From a virus (Duplodnaviria; Caudoviricetes), in IMG/VR virus record IMGVR_UViG_3300020044_006268, positions 1 through 25,945 of that record: 25,945 bases of DNA; one strand, given 5' to 3'. The notes under the pieces were generated by a model. It saw only the letters and a list, made by a program, of their open reading frames with translations, had not been told where the DNA came from and did not search any database. Of this stretch, positions 8,270 to 15,818 are shown one piece after another. The translations under genes were made by a program, and so were the position numbers. Numbering within the stretch: the first letter of the stretch is position 1; each line of letters begins with the position of its first letter.

Positions 8270-8984
8270 TCGGAAATGAATTAGGGTTAGACCATTTTTC
8301 TAAGACTTCGACCTTCATTCGGTGGGCGGCCTCCATGCGTTCGCACAATAATGTTAACTCCTCAATTTCGGGCTCTATTACGCAATAATGAAGGCGTCGG
8401 TGTTCAGGTTGTCGCGGGTCGTAGCTCGCGAACACCCAGGCGGGAAGGTTAAAGGTTAAACAGTTCCCGAGTATTTGCCAATAGTAGTCGGAGTTAACCG
8501 ATTTAAGCCGCTCGCCGTCGTTAACGCTACTATGTAGAAAGTGATTAACCGAGTTCCACGGGCACTTTATTTCACAACCTACGGCGCCGAATTCGGGGTG
8601 AATCATGAAGGCGTCAGGACTGCAACCGAAATACTCGTTAAAGAGTTTAAACGAGGGTTTAAGCTCAGTCGATTCGTCGGGGCTTTGCATCGCTTTTTTG
8701 AGTTCAAGTAAGGCGTGCTCTTCCCACTCGTTACCCCAATCAATTGCTCGCGACGTTGCCTCGTTACCGCTTTGGCCTGTGACGGTTTCCATTGCCTTTT
8801 CGTATATGTATCTTTTGGCTGTTTCGCTCAGTTCGCCCGCTTCCTTTGCGGCCTTGGTTTTGGGGTCCGTCATTAGGGCGCTAATTCCTGAGCCTGTAAA
8901 GCGGCCGAGGCGTAACTTATCCCATGCGGCCGATTGTTGGGCCACGGTAGCCATATACTCGGTTAAATAGGGGTTAATTTCCAT
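8259..8984 (-). CDS. YqaJ / lambda-exonuclease family protein
   Basis: W...RLG.FTGS, WG.E.E..A, GCSPD, EIKCP, YYWQ, SYDPR. Confidence 0.92.
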   Translation of the reverse strand: MEINPYLTEYMATVAQQSAAWDKLRLGRFTGSGISALMTDPKTKAAKEAGELSETAKRYIYEKAMETVTGQSGNEATSRAIDWGNEWEEHALLELKKAMQSPDESTELKPSFKLFNEYFGCSPDAFMIHPEFGAVGCEIKCPWNSVNHFLHSSVNDGERLKSVNSDYYWQILGNCLTFNLPAWVFASYDPRQPEHRRLHYCVIEPEIEELTLLCERMEAAHRMKVEVLEKWSNPNSFPNAE

Positions 8985-9138
8985 TTTGATTTTTATTTAA
9001 TTCGTTAGTTCTTTTTTCGATTTCTTTTTCTATGTCTTTGATTAGTTTATTATGTGCGCGGTCGGTTTTCCACATTAGATATAGCGTGAAAAGAGAAACC
9101 AATACGCCGCTATAAAAGACAAATTCACTTATTTTCAT
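8974..9138 (-). CDS. Small membrane-anchored coiled-coil protein (54 aa)
   Basis: Not in the track. MKISEFVFYSGVLVSLFTLYLMW followed by a charged helix; overlaps both neighbours. Confidence 0.55.
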   Translation of the reverse strand: MKISEFVFYSGVLVSLFTLYLMWKTDRAHNKLIKDIEKEIEKRTNELNKNQNGN

Positions 9139-9793
9139 TTTCTTTCTGAATTAAAAGGGTTGCTAAATTGGTTTTTTGTTCTGGGCTTAGATGGGCCTCG
9201 AGGGTTTTGATAGCCTCAGCGGCTTGCGGGTCACCGTTAAGGATGCCAACCTCAAGGCGTGAAATAAGCGCCTCGGGGAGTTCGCCCGCACTCGGTAGTT
9301 TAAAAGGCTTGTAAACGTCCTTATTTTTCCTGTTAAGGTCGCGTCCGAATACCTTCCCCAAACTTTGCGCGGCGTTCTTGAGGCATTCGCTTTTAAGTTT
9401 AGGAAATGCCATGTCGAGCGCGTTCGGCTTTTTGTTAGATGGGTTTAGCGCCCATTGGTTACGTTCTTGGCCCGCGAGATTTTCGGGGGCTCGGTCTACC
9501 ATAATAACAATAGAAGCGGCACCTGTGCGTCGAATCTCGAAGCCTGTTACTGGGTGGATGCAAACAAGCTCAATAGAGCCTTGTATTTCATTGGCCACGG
9601 GTGACCACTTGAAACCCTCCGTCCTCCATTGGCCAAAAAAGAGTTCGTCTAAGGTCGTTTCGATGTGACTAATAACGACCGTCGACGCTTTGCGGTCGGG
9701 GGTTTGTTCTACGCTGAGCGGGTCGGGCTCAGCGTTTAGGCGTTGGGTAAACTTTTGCAGTTGGCCCATCGTTTCGGGGTTTAGGGGATACAT
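9125..9793 (-). CDS. Rad52/Sak-like single-strand annealing protein
   Basis: I..TLDELF.GQW, beta strands, K.ECLKNAA..LG..FGRDLNR; next to the exonuclease gene. Confidence 0.75.
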   Translation of the reverse strand: MYPLNPETMGQLQKFTQRLNAEPDPLSVEQTPDRKASTVVISHIETTLDELFFGQWRTEGFKWSPVANEIQGSIELVCIHPVTGFEIRRTGAASIVIMVDRAPENLAGQERNQWALNPSNKKPNALDMAFPKLKSECLKNAAQSLGKVFGRDLNRKNKDVYKPFKLPSAGELPEALISRLEVGILNGDPQAAEAIKTLEAHLSPEQKTNLATLLIQKENENK

Positions 9794-9798
9794 AGTGT

Positions 9799-9900
9799 TT
9801 ATTGTTTAATAAGAATATAAAGAAACTCTAAAAGGCATAAGGCGAGCAAAATTCGATTTTCGACCTTCGCCCAATGTATTAAATCGTCGGGTCGTTTCAT
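9799..9900 (-). CDS. Small hydrophobic peptide (33 aa)
   Basis: Not in the track. MKRPDDLIHWAKVENRILLALCLLEFLYILIKQ; ATGA overlap with the upstream gene. Confidence 0.5.
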   Translation of the reverse strand: MKRPDDLIHWAKVENRILLALCLLEFLYILIKQ

Positions 9901-10187
9901 GGGTTTAAAACGCGGTTAATTGAATCATAGGCTGAGTTCAATACCTTTTCGAACTCTTCTTTGCTTACTGTTATGGCTTCCCAATCGAAAGCCTCGGAAA
10001 ATTCACGTTCGGTAATTGTGCTCAGCGTGTAACAATCTATCGCGGGATAACAGCCGATTTGTACGCCGTGGTTCGCGCTCGTAACACAATAGTATTTGTT
10101 TCTCAACTTTGAGAATACGGGGAGTTCGATTTCCACGCGGTCTACTGTGGCAGGGCGTTTTACTTCAATGATAATAGAATTTTTCAT
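9897..10187 (-). CDS. Hypothetical early protein
   Basis: 96 aa with an A-rich leader, in the direction of the operon. Confidence 0.7.
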   Translation of the reverse strand: MKNSIIIEVKRPATVDRVEIELPVFSKLRNKYYCVTSANHGVQIGCYPAIDCYTLSTITEREFSEAFDWEAITVSKEEFEKVLNSAYDSINRVLNP

Positions 10188-10205
10188 TTTTATATGGTTT
10201 TGTGG

Positions 10206-10400
10206 TTATACGTTTACAAATACTTCTATACGGTAGTCGTGGCCAATACCGCCCGCGCTCGGGAGTTCTTCGCCCCATTCGTAGGCGTAACCTTTGGCGT
10301 CGCATATTTCGCGAAATGAGTTAAGGCATTGGCCGAGCTTTGGGTATTCCAAAATTTGGGCGGTTTGGTTTTGAAGGTGTGTGATAATAATTTGGTACAT
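10206..10400 (-). CDS. Hypothetical early protein
   Basis: 64 aa ending AGGIGHDYRIE; protein-like composition, unlike the overlapping alternative ORFs. Confidence 0.65.
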   Translation of the reverse strand: MYQIIITHLQNQTAQILEYPKLGQCLNSFREICDAKGYAYEWGEELPSAGGIGHDYRIEVFVNV

Positions 10401-10460
10401 ACTAAGGGTTTAAGGGGTTTCGTTTTAAAAATGCGCGTTACAGCCGCGCCCCTGGGTTTA

Positions 10461-10640
10461 TTAACTTTTACAAACGACTTGAGTCGCAAACATGTAAAGG
10501 ATATTAATTTTATTCTCATTCCACTCTTTCGCGGTTATGCCTACTTTTTTGGCAACATCTACACAAGTGGCGCGAAACTTAGGGCAGTTAATTAATGTTT
10601 CGATTTCGTTGCAAATGCTTTCGGTAGTTACTGTGTTCAT
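10461..10640 (-). CDS. Hypothetical early protein (MNTVTTESICNE..., 59 aa)
   Basis: Not in the track. First ORF after the promoter at 10664-10696. Confidence 0.65.
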   Translation of the reverse strand: MNTVTTESICNEIETLINCPKFRATCVDVAKKVGITAKEWNENKINILYMFATQVVCKS

Positions 10641-10663
10641 GGGGTGTGTTTTTTATTGTTTGG

Positions 10664-10696
10664 CAAATATATAGTAGCTTTTTTGCTACAACCTAA
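10664..10696 (-). promoter_or_regulatory. Bacteroidota-type promoter containing a palindromic operator
   Basis: Minus strand TTAG-N21-TATATTTG (consensus TTTG/TAnnTTTG); GTAGC-N6-GCTAC at 10674-10689. Confidence 0.75.
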
Positions 10697-10729
10697 TTTT
10701 TAACATTCTTTAACAAATCTGCTATTGAC

Positions 10730-10742
10730 TATCAATAAGTTA
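10730..10742 (+). promoter_or_regulatory. IHF-consensus-like site
   Basis: TATCAATAAGTTA matches WATCAANNNNTTR exactly and lies upstream of the leftward promoter. Confidence 0.45.
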
Positions 10743-10746
10743 GGTT

Positions 10747-10768
10747 AAAAAGGGGGCTTGCGCCCCCC
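10747..10768 (-). terminator. Intrinsic terminator
   Basis: Minus strand GGGGGC-GCAA-GCCCCC-TTTTT (GNRA loop), just after the stop at 10773. Confidence 0.85.
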
Positions 10769-10772
10769 GTTT

Positions 10773-11021
10773 CTACCAACCCGTTTGGTCGGTAATTTCG
10801 CTATCGCCTTTGTAAATGTAACAGCGATACGGTTCGTCCATTTCGCCTTCCTCGTAAACCCAGGCACTCAGTACGTCGGGCCTTTGTACTCCTTTGATAG
10901 CGGCGTTAATGGCGGCTTTTTTGGTGGCTCGCGTTAGATACGCTATTGGGTCGCCTCCGTACTCTTCCCCGTCCTGTTTACGCTTGAGCTCGAGTAAGTG
11001 AATAGTAAAACCTCTTTTCAT
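10773..11021 (-). CDS. Hypothetical early protein, monocistronic
   Basis: 82 aa, bracketed by its own promoter and terminator. Confidence 0.75.
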   Translation of the reverse strand: MKRGFTIHLLELKRKQDGEEYGGDPIAYLTRATKKAAINAAIKGVQRPDVLSAWVYEEGEMDEPYRCYIYKGDSEITDQTGW

Positions 11022-11074
11022 AGTGTTAAGTATTAAAGTGTTATTTCAAAAAACGTTTGTCCCTTTGGACCCTA

Positions 11075-11103
11075 CAAAGGTAGCACATTTGCTACACTAC
11101 AAA
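11075..11103 (-). promoter_or_regulatory. Bacteroidota-type promoter with a second operator copy
   Basis: Minus strand TTTG-N17-TACCTTTG; GTAGC-ACATTT-GCTAC at 11080-11095. Confidence 0.7.
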
Positions 11104-11104
11104 A

Positions 11105-11185
11105 AGTTAAAAAGTGTTAAAATTCAATCGATTATGTTAAAATTTGTTAAAATTGTGCCGTTTTTGTTTGTTAAAAAACGTTAAT
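11105..11185. repeat. Three pairs of GTTAA direct repeats at 10-bp spacing
   Basis: GTTAA at 11106/11116, 11136/11146 and 11170/11180. Confidence 0.7.
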
Positions 11186-11190
11186 AGAAC

Positions 11191-12486
11191 TCAGGCGTAC
11201 GAGTAGCGCCCGTAATTGGGGAAAAGCTCGAAAAACATACGCATAGCAATAGCGTCGGCGTAGTCGGGGCTCAGCCCGTGGATGCGCTGTATTTCCTCTT
11301 TGCCTGTTACGGCTAACTTACCGTCGCCGTCGGGGTTCTTTCGGCGTATTAAGTCAAGCTCCTTAACTATTGTATCGCGGTGGTTTTGGGGTAAAATAAT
11401 GCGATTAAGTTCTATTAGCTCGGCGAGCTTAAAAAAGCATTCGGCTTTTAGGTTAACGAACCGCTCGGGCTTAGTAGCTCGGGACCCGTTACGAAACTCG
11501 CGGCACTTGAGCACGTCCACTAACCCCGCGCCCAAGCCGTCGGCGTCCGCAATTACGTTACTGAGTTTTACTTTGTGATAGTCCGCGAGCTGTCGAATAA
11601 CCGCGGCGGTTTCGTCGATTTTCTTTTTACGGAGTTCGGTTATTTGAATGAGTGACAAACCGCGCCAGAGAGCTATTACGGTTCTATCTTTACCGAGTCG
11701 GGCAACGTCGGCCGTAATATACAACTCCCCGCTTTCCTCAGGGCCTCGAAAACAGCGTAACAAATCGTCGGTAGTAAATAGGGCGTCTAACGTTTCGTCG
11801 TAGTCCCAATCCCCCTCCAAAAGCCTTTTACGGTCTACCTCAGGAAGGCGCGCCAACGTTTCGGCGTAGGTAGGGGGGAGGTGGGGGTTATCACTAACGC
11901 GGGATTGTATAAAAAGCAAATGCGCGGGAAGGTGACCCGAACGAAACGGGGCAAAAAATTCGTTATAGAGCCAACCCTTCGAGGGGTTACATGTTAAAAG
12001 TACTTTGGGGGTGAGTTTGTATTGGTTTAGTTTGAAGCGTATTCGAGAGCGCACAATATCGACCGCCTTTTTTGTTATCTGAGAACATTCGTCTAAAAAT
12101 GCATCGGTGACCTCGAGCGAGCCCAACGAATCATAGTTTATATCTGAGGGGTACGCGAAAAGGTCCTTTAAGATTATTTCGGAACCGTTGTAAAAGGTTA
12201 TAACATTCGACTGTGCGTTATAGGTATAATGCTCATTAGCTCTCAGCCCAAACATTCCCGCCACCTCGAAAAACGTTTTTAAAGTGGTTTTCTTCAGGGT
12301 ATCGAGTTTCGACCGTCCGATTAGCCCGCGAGTTCCTGGGTACTTCAAGCGCCTTTGTATTTGCCACGCGCAACCCGTAAACGACTTTGCGCCGCCCGCG
12401 GCTCCTCCAAATAGAACAACCTCGGCGGGGGAGTCCAACCCGAGGGCGTTTAAGCATTCTTTTTGTTTAGGTAAAAAATCGACCAT
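11191..12486 (-). CDS. terL: Terminase large subunit
   Basis: Walker A GGAAGGAKS, Walker B AFLDE, coupling motif LTCNP, DNPHL, RLLEGDW, and nuclease motifs ADVAR.GKD and SPDYADA. Confidence 0.93.
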   Translation of the reverse strand: MVDFLPKQKECLNALGLDSPAEVVLFGGAAGGAKSFTGCAWQIQRRLKYPGTRGLIGRSKLDTLKKTTLKTFFEVAGMFGLRANEHYTYNAQSNVITFYNGSEIILKDLFAYPSDINYDSLGSLEVTDAFLDECSQITKKAVDIVRSRIRFKLNQYKLTPKVLLTCNPSKGWLYNEFFAPFRSGHLPAHLLFIQSRVSDNPHLPPTYAETLARLPEVDRKRLLEGDWDYDETLDALFTTDDLLRCFRGPEESGELYITADVARLGKDRTVIALWRGLSLIQITELRKKKIDETAAVIRQLADYHKVKLSNVIADADGLGAGLVDVLKCREFRNGSRATKPERFVNLKAECFFKLAELIELNRIILPQNHRDTIVKELDLIRRKNPDGDGKLAVTGKEEIQRIHGLSPDYADAIAMRMFFELFPNYGRYSYA

Positions 12487-12671
12487 TATACGAGCTCGTT
12501 TAGCGGTTGGCCTGTGATAGTGCTCAAGCGTCTAAGGTCTGCGAGGTCCATTCTCTCGGGGTTTTTCAACCAACGGTAGGCGGTCCAACGGCTCACTTTC
12601 ATTTTACGGCTAAAATGCTCACGGGTTCCAAAGTGTTCGAGGACTAACGAGTTTAATTTATTGGGGTCCAT
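12486..12671 (-). CDS. Cro/XRE-like HTH protein
   Basis: 61 aa; FSRKMKVSRWTAYRW HTH; TAATG overlap with terL. Confidence 0.7.
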   Translation of the reverse strand: MDPNKLNSLVLEHFGTREHFSRKMKVSRWTAYRWLKNPERMDLADLRRLSTITGQPLNELV

Positions 12672-12861
12672 TTCGGGTAAATAGTTCTTTTTTAATGTTT
12701 TTTAGGGCTCTATATGCAAAATCCTTTTCAGGTTGCGTGGTGCTCGGATAAGCTAAATAATACAACCGCAACGCGCGAAGGTCTTCCCTACTCATTTGGC
12801 TCATTTGCTTGCGGCTTATCTTTTGCATTGGCTGTATGTTCTTTAATATCTTCAAGGGCAC
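12658..12861 (-). CDS. Small helical hypothetical protein (start uncertain, possibly 12804 or 12795)
   Basis: Links the neighbouring genes of the operon. Confidence 0.55.
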   Translation of the reverse strand: MPLKILKNIQPMQKISRKQMSQMSREDLRALRLYYLAYPSTTQPEKDFAYRALKNIKKELFTRNGPQ

Positions 12862-13042
12862 GTTTATACCCCTCCATGTAACACGCCCGCATAAACTCGG
12901 CCTCGTTTGCTATCATTTCGGGGCCTTCTGAAAGCGTTTCTCGGTAAGCGGGAGCTGATAGACTGAGCGGGTTACTTTGGAGCCTTTTACGGACCAATTC
13001 GAGATATTGACCTGTAGGAGTTAACATCGTTTCGTTATTCAT
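12788..13042 (-). CDS. Hypothetical protein
   Basis: Track ORF 12788..13105. ATG13042 (MNNETML) is preferred because the upstream part is occupied by another ORF. Confidence 0.6.
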   Translation of the reverse strand: MNNETMLTPTGQYLELVRKRLQSNPLSLSAPAYRETLSEGPEMIANEAEFMRACYMEGYKRALEDIKEHTANAKDKPQANEPNE

Positions 13043-13172
13043 TTTCGTTTTGATTATCGTTAAAAAAATCTTTGTGGGCGGAATACCACCCGCTAAAGTG
13101 GCCAATTATAAAAGCGCCTACAATAAGTAGGGCGACCACTATTAGCCAATTCGCGTTAAACGTTATTTCCAT
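13035..13172 (-). CDS. Small membrane protein (45 aa)
   Basis: Not in the track. MEITFNANWLIVVALLIVGAFIIGHFSGWY...; first gene of the leftward operon. Confidence 0.55.
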   Translation of the reverse strand: MEITFNANWLIVVALLIVGAFIIGHFSGWYSAHKDFFNDNQNENE

Positions 13173-13222
13173 GTGTTGAATAATTTTTTACGTTCGGGGC
13201 GACGTGCCGCCGTAACTTGGGG

Positions 13223-13254
13223 CGAAATTAGTTGGTATTTTGCTACATTGCAAA
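13223..13254 (-). promoter_or_regulatory. Leftward promoter of the terL operon with a degenerate operator
   Basis: Minus strand TTTG-N20-TAATTTCG (one mismatch in the -7 box); GTTGG-N6-GCTAC at 13231-13246; located at the strand switch. Confidence 0.55.
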
Positions 13255-13256
13255 CT

Positions 13257-13799
13257 TTGGAGGCTGAAATAAAACGAATGTATCCAACTTGGCGCCGTTA
13301 CGCTCGAGGACTTATTGGCTCTCAGGCAAAGGGCGACGATTGTTTAAACGAAACGCTTTTAAAGTTACTCGAAAACCAACGCGAAAAGGCCGCCGAGCTT
13401 GCTAAAATGGGCACGCTCGAGTTTTACGTTAATCGCGCCCTTTATTTAATGGCTACCGATAAGAGTAGCCGTTACCATGTTAAATACTCCAAATTCGGGC
13501 AAAAGTGGGACTGTGAAAGTTTACGCCACCTCGGCGAACCTGTGCCCGTTTGGATGGGTTCTCGAGTCGATAACGAGTATTTGGACGCCTATATTTCATT
13601 AATGCCTGAGCTCGACGCCGTCGTTTTGAGGTTATACATGTTTGAGGACTTTAGTTATAAAGAGGCGAGCCGCGTTACAGGTATTCCCGTCAAAGAACTA
13701 TACCGATTAGTTGAAAACGCTATAAATAAAATCAAAAAAAATGTACACCGTACCCCCATCAATTCGGGCCCAACGTCTAACGACGTGCCAGGGCTGTAA
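13257..13799 (+). CDS. Sigma-70/ECF-like factor, probably for late transcription
   Basis: Region-2-like (YARGL....GDD.LNE..LKL) and region-4-like (VL.LY..EDFSYKE.SR.TGIP...L...V..A..KIK) segments. Start uncertain (13173, TTG13257 or ATG13278). Confidence 0.7.
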   Translation: MEAEIKRMYPTWRRYARGLIGSQAKGDDCLNETLLKLLENQREKAAELAKMGTLEFYVNRALYLMATDKSSRYHVKYSKFGQKWDCESLRHLGEPVPVWMGSRVDNEYLDAYISLMPELDAVVLRLYMFEDFSYKEASRVTGIPVKELYRLVENAINKIKKNVHRTPINSGPTSNDVPGL

Positions 13800-14196
13800 A
13801 CACTTTAAGCAAATAACCCACAGTTGCGGCACGCTCGTAATTGGGCGCAAACTAACCGAGGAGGAGTTGGCCGAGGCCGAGGAGAATAACCAAATAACGC
13901 ACTACCGCAAAAAAACGCGCCTTTGCGGTTGCTTTATTCCCGAAAAGACAAAATGGAGCCTCGAACGTTGCCCGATTAATAAATGGGGTTATTACCGATT
14001 GAATGAAACCGAAGCCCAAGAACTCGCCGCCTTCATTTCGGGGCTACCAACCGACGGCAAATTAACAAGCCTCGCAGTTCGCGCCGCCGCCGATTGGGTG
14101 TATAAAATGACGGGACGCCGCGTTAGCTGTGCAAGTTGCAACGCAAAGGCCCTAATTAACTACCTACGTTCCGAAACGGGTCGACTTGAAGATTAA
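13741..14196 (+). CDS. Cys-rich putative metal-binding protein
   Basis: R...CxxC, CG, CGCF...K......CP..KW and C-terminal CASC. Confidence 0.7.
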   Translation: MYTVPPSIRAQRLTTCQGCKHFKQITHSCGTLVIGRKLTEEELAEAEENNQITHYRKKTRLCGCFIPEKTKWSLERCPINKWGYYRLNETEAQELAAFISGLPTDGKLTSLAVRAAADWVYKMTGRRVSCASCNAKALINYLRSETGRLED

Positions 14197-14250
14197 TAAC
14201 CGCCCATCGATTCGGGGCAAAAATGGGCGGCGTTGCCGTTTTATAGTAGA

Positions 14251-14580
14251 ATGAACTTAGATTTTAAAAATAGACGCATCAGTTTCGATTTTGACGGGGT
14301 ACTAACCACCGACCGAGGTCGCCTTTTGGCAAAGCGTTTTATAAAGGAAGGCGCCGCCGTGTTTATCGTAACGGCCCGAGGCGAGAACCAGGGAAAAAGC
14401 GTGTATGAAATGGCGGATATTTTGGGGATAAGAAAATCCCGTGTAATCTTTACGAACCACGCCGACAAAGCAGACACGGTTAAACGTCTTAAAATCAACG
14501 TTCACTATGACAATAACGGAGAACAAATACGCAAAATAGATGAACAAACAAAAACAAGGGGGATTCTCTTTCATAACTGA
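14251..14580 (+). CDS. Cap-less HAD-superfamily (phosphatase-like) protein
   Basis: ISFDFDGVL (DxD), IVTAR, a conserved Lys and HYDNN. ATG14251 is preferred as start. Confidence 0.75.
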   Translation: MNLDFKNRRISFDFDGVLTTDRGRLLAKRFIKEGAAVFIVTARGENQGKSVYEMADILGIRKSRVIFTNHADKADTVKRLKINVHYDNNGEQIRKIDEQTKTRGILFHN

Positions 14581-14668
14581 GCTTTGGATTCGGGTAAAAA
14601 GAGAACTCGCGGAAATCTTCACAGTAACGAACAACCTACCGAAAAAGGGTAATAAAAAAACGAAATAA
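14540..14668 (+). CDS. Small basic hypothetical protein (42 aa)
   Basis: Not in the track. MNKQKQGGFSFITELWIRVKREL...; TAATG overlap with the next ORF. Confidence 0.4.
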   Translation: MNKQKQGGFSFITELWIRVKRELAEIFTVTNNLPKKGNKKTK

Positions 14669-14820
14669 TGCCACTACCACTCAGACAACCAAAAGAAGAC
14701 CGCCACGAATTTATTGGCCGCTGTATGGCTGACAGCCTTACTATTAAAGAATACCCCGACGCGGCTCAGCGTTACGCGGTTTGTCAATACCAGGCCGACC
14801 GTTTGGAAATTAACAACTAA
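14668..14820 (+). CDS. Small conserved phage protein (MPLP...FIGRCM...EYPD..QRYAVC, 50 aa)
   Basis: Not in the track. The two-Cys motif is recalled from head-module genes of related phages. Confidence 0.7.
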   Translation: MPLPLRQPKEDRHEFIGRCMADSLTIKEYPDAAQRYAVCQYQADRLEINN

Positions 14821-14901
14821 ATTAGAGCCCGAAAGTGCGGTTTCGCCGTCGGTGGAATACCAATGTTTACGGGAAAAATGACTTTTTAAAGATTTAAAAA
14901 A

Positions 14902-15231
14902 ATGGCATACAACTTCCAAAAGTCCGAAATAAAAAAGGCTATCGAAGGTTCGGGCGGTTACATTAGCGAAATAGCCCGCCGATTGGGTTGCGATTGGCAT
15001 ACAGCCGAGAAATATATTAAGCTCCACGAATTAGAGGACGTGCTAAAAATCGAGGACGAAAACGCTACCGACCGAGCCGAGGTTAAGTTAATGGAGGCCG
15101 TCGAAAAAGGCGAAATAGCCGCAATAATTTTTAGGTTAAAGACCAAAGGAAAGAAACGCGGTTACGTGGAGCGCCAGGAACTAACGGGAGCGGACAACCA
15201 ACCGATAATAACGATTAGCGCCAACCTATGA
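14902..15231 (+). CDS. terS: Terminase small subunit
   Basis: N-terminal HTH (ISEIARRLGC), AE.KL...V..G...AIIF.LKTKGK.RGYVERQE.TG.D. Confidence 0.8.
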   Translation: MAYNFQKSEIKKAIEGSGGYISEIARRLGCDWHTAEKYIKLHELEDVLKIEDENATDRAEVKLMEAVEKGEIAAIIFRLKTKGKKRGYVERQELTGADNQPIITISANL

Positions 15232-15818
15232 AATTATACATCCCTATTTCGATAGACCAAATAAGCCTCGAACGGTTTGTTACGTTTTACACTTCGACCG
15301 ACGACGTCGAACGCGTCATGGTAGCCATAAACAAAAGCCGTGAATACTGTGAGGGGTTGCCCGCCGCTACGATGCAAACGGTTATTGATTTGTTCGGTAC
15401 TGCATGCAATACGGGCAAAGAGAACCACGGCGCGATAGTAGAGGTTAACGGGGTTAAATTGGGGTTTCACCCAAACATTAACGGCCTCACGTTTAAGGAA
15501 TGGGCCGACATGGACCAACTCGCTAAGACCGTTTGGCCAACGGGCAAAGAGCCCAACTATAAAAACCTCCCCGAGCTCATGGCTATTTTGTTCCGTCCCG
15601 TTACTGAACAGGTCGGAACGTTTTACAACCTTGAGCCCTACGACACCGAGCGCGTGCCCAAATACATAGACGCGGTTAAGTGTTTAACAATGGACCGAAT
15701 ACAGGGGGCGTTGCTTTTTTTTTCGAGTTTAAGCGCCGAGTTGGTGAACAATTCGTTGGACTATTTGGACAAGTTGATAGTGACGGAGGTAACGACGATT
15801 ACACGCCAAGCGGACTAG
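15228..15818 (+). CDS. Putative tail assembly chaperone (gpG-like)
   Basis: 196 aa; GF.PN...LTF.EW.D, MAILFRP and GALLFF at a T9 run; overlapped by an ORF in the -1 frame. Confidence 0.65.
   Translation: MKLYIPISIDQISLERFVTFYTSTDDVERVMVAINKSREYCEGLPAATMQTVIDLFGTACNTGKENHGAIVEVNGVKLGFHPNINGLTFKEWADMDQLAKTVWPTGKEPNYKNLPELMAILFRPVTEQVGTFYNLEPYDTERVPKYIDAVKCLTMDRIQGALLFFSSLSAELVNNSLDYLDKLIVTEVTTITRQAD

Noticed and set aside
8605-9668. Plus-strand ORFs 8605..8970 and 9378..9668
   Set aside because: Antisense to the clear exonuclease and annealing-protein genes.
10226-10595. Track ORFs 10226..10519 (-) and 10329..10595 (+)
   Set aside because: The region is tiled better by 10206..10400 and 10461..10640 on the minus strand.
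11115-11142. dif-like site: TTATGTTAAAA resembles the XerD arm
   Set aside because: No matching left arm ending in TAA lies 6 bp upstream; it is better explained as one of the GTTAA boxes.
14674-15027. 117-aa minus-strand ORF
   Set aside because: Overlaps two better-supported plus-strand genes (14668..14820 and terS).
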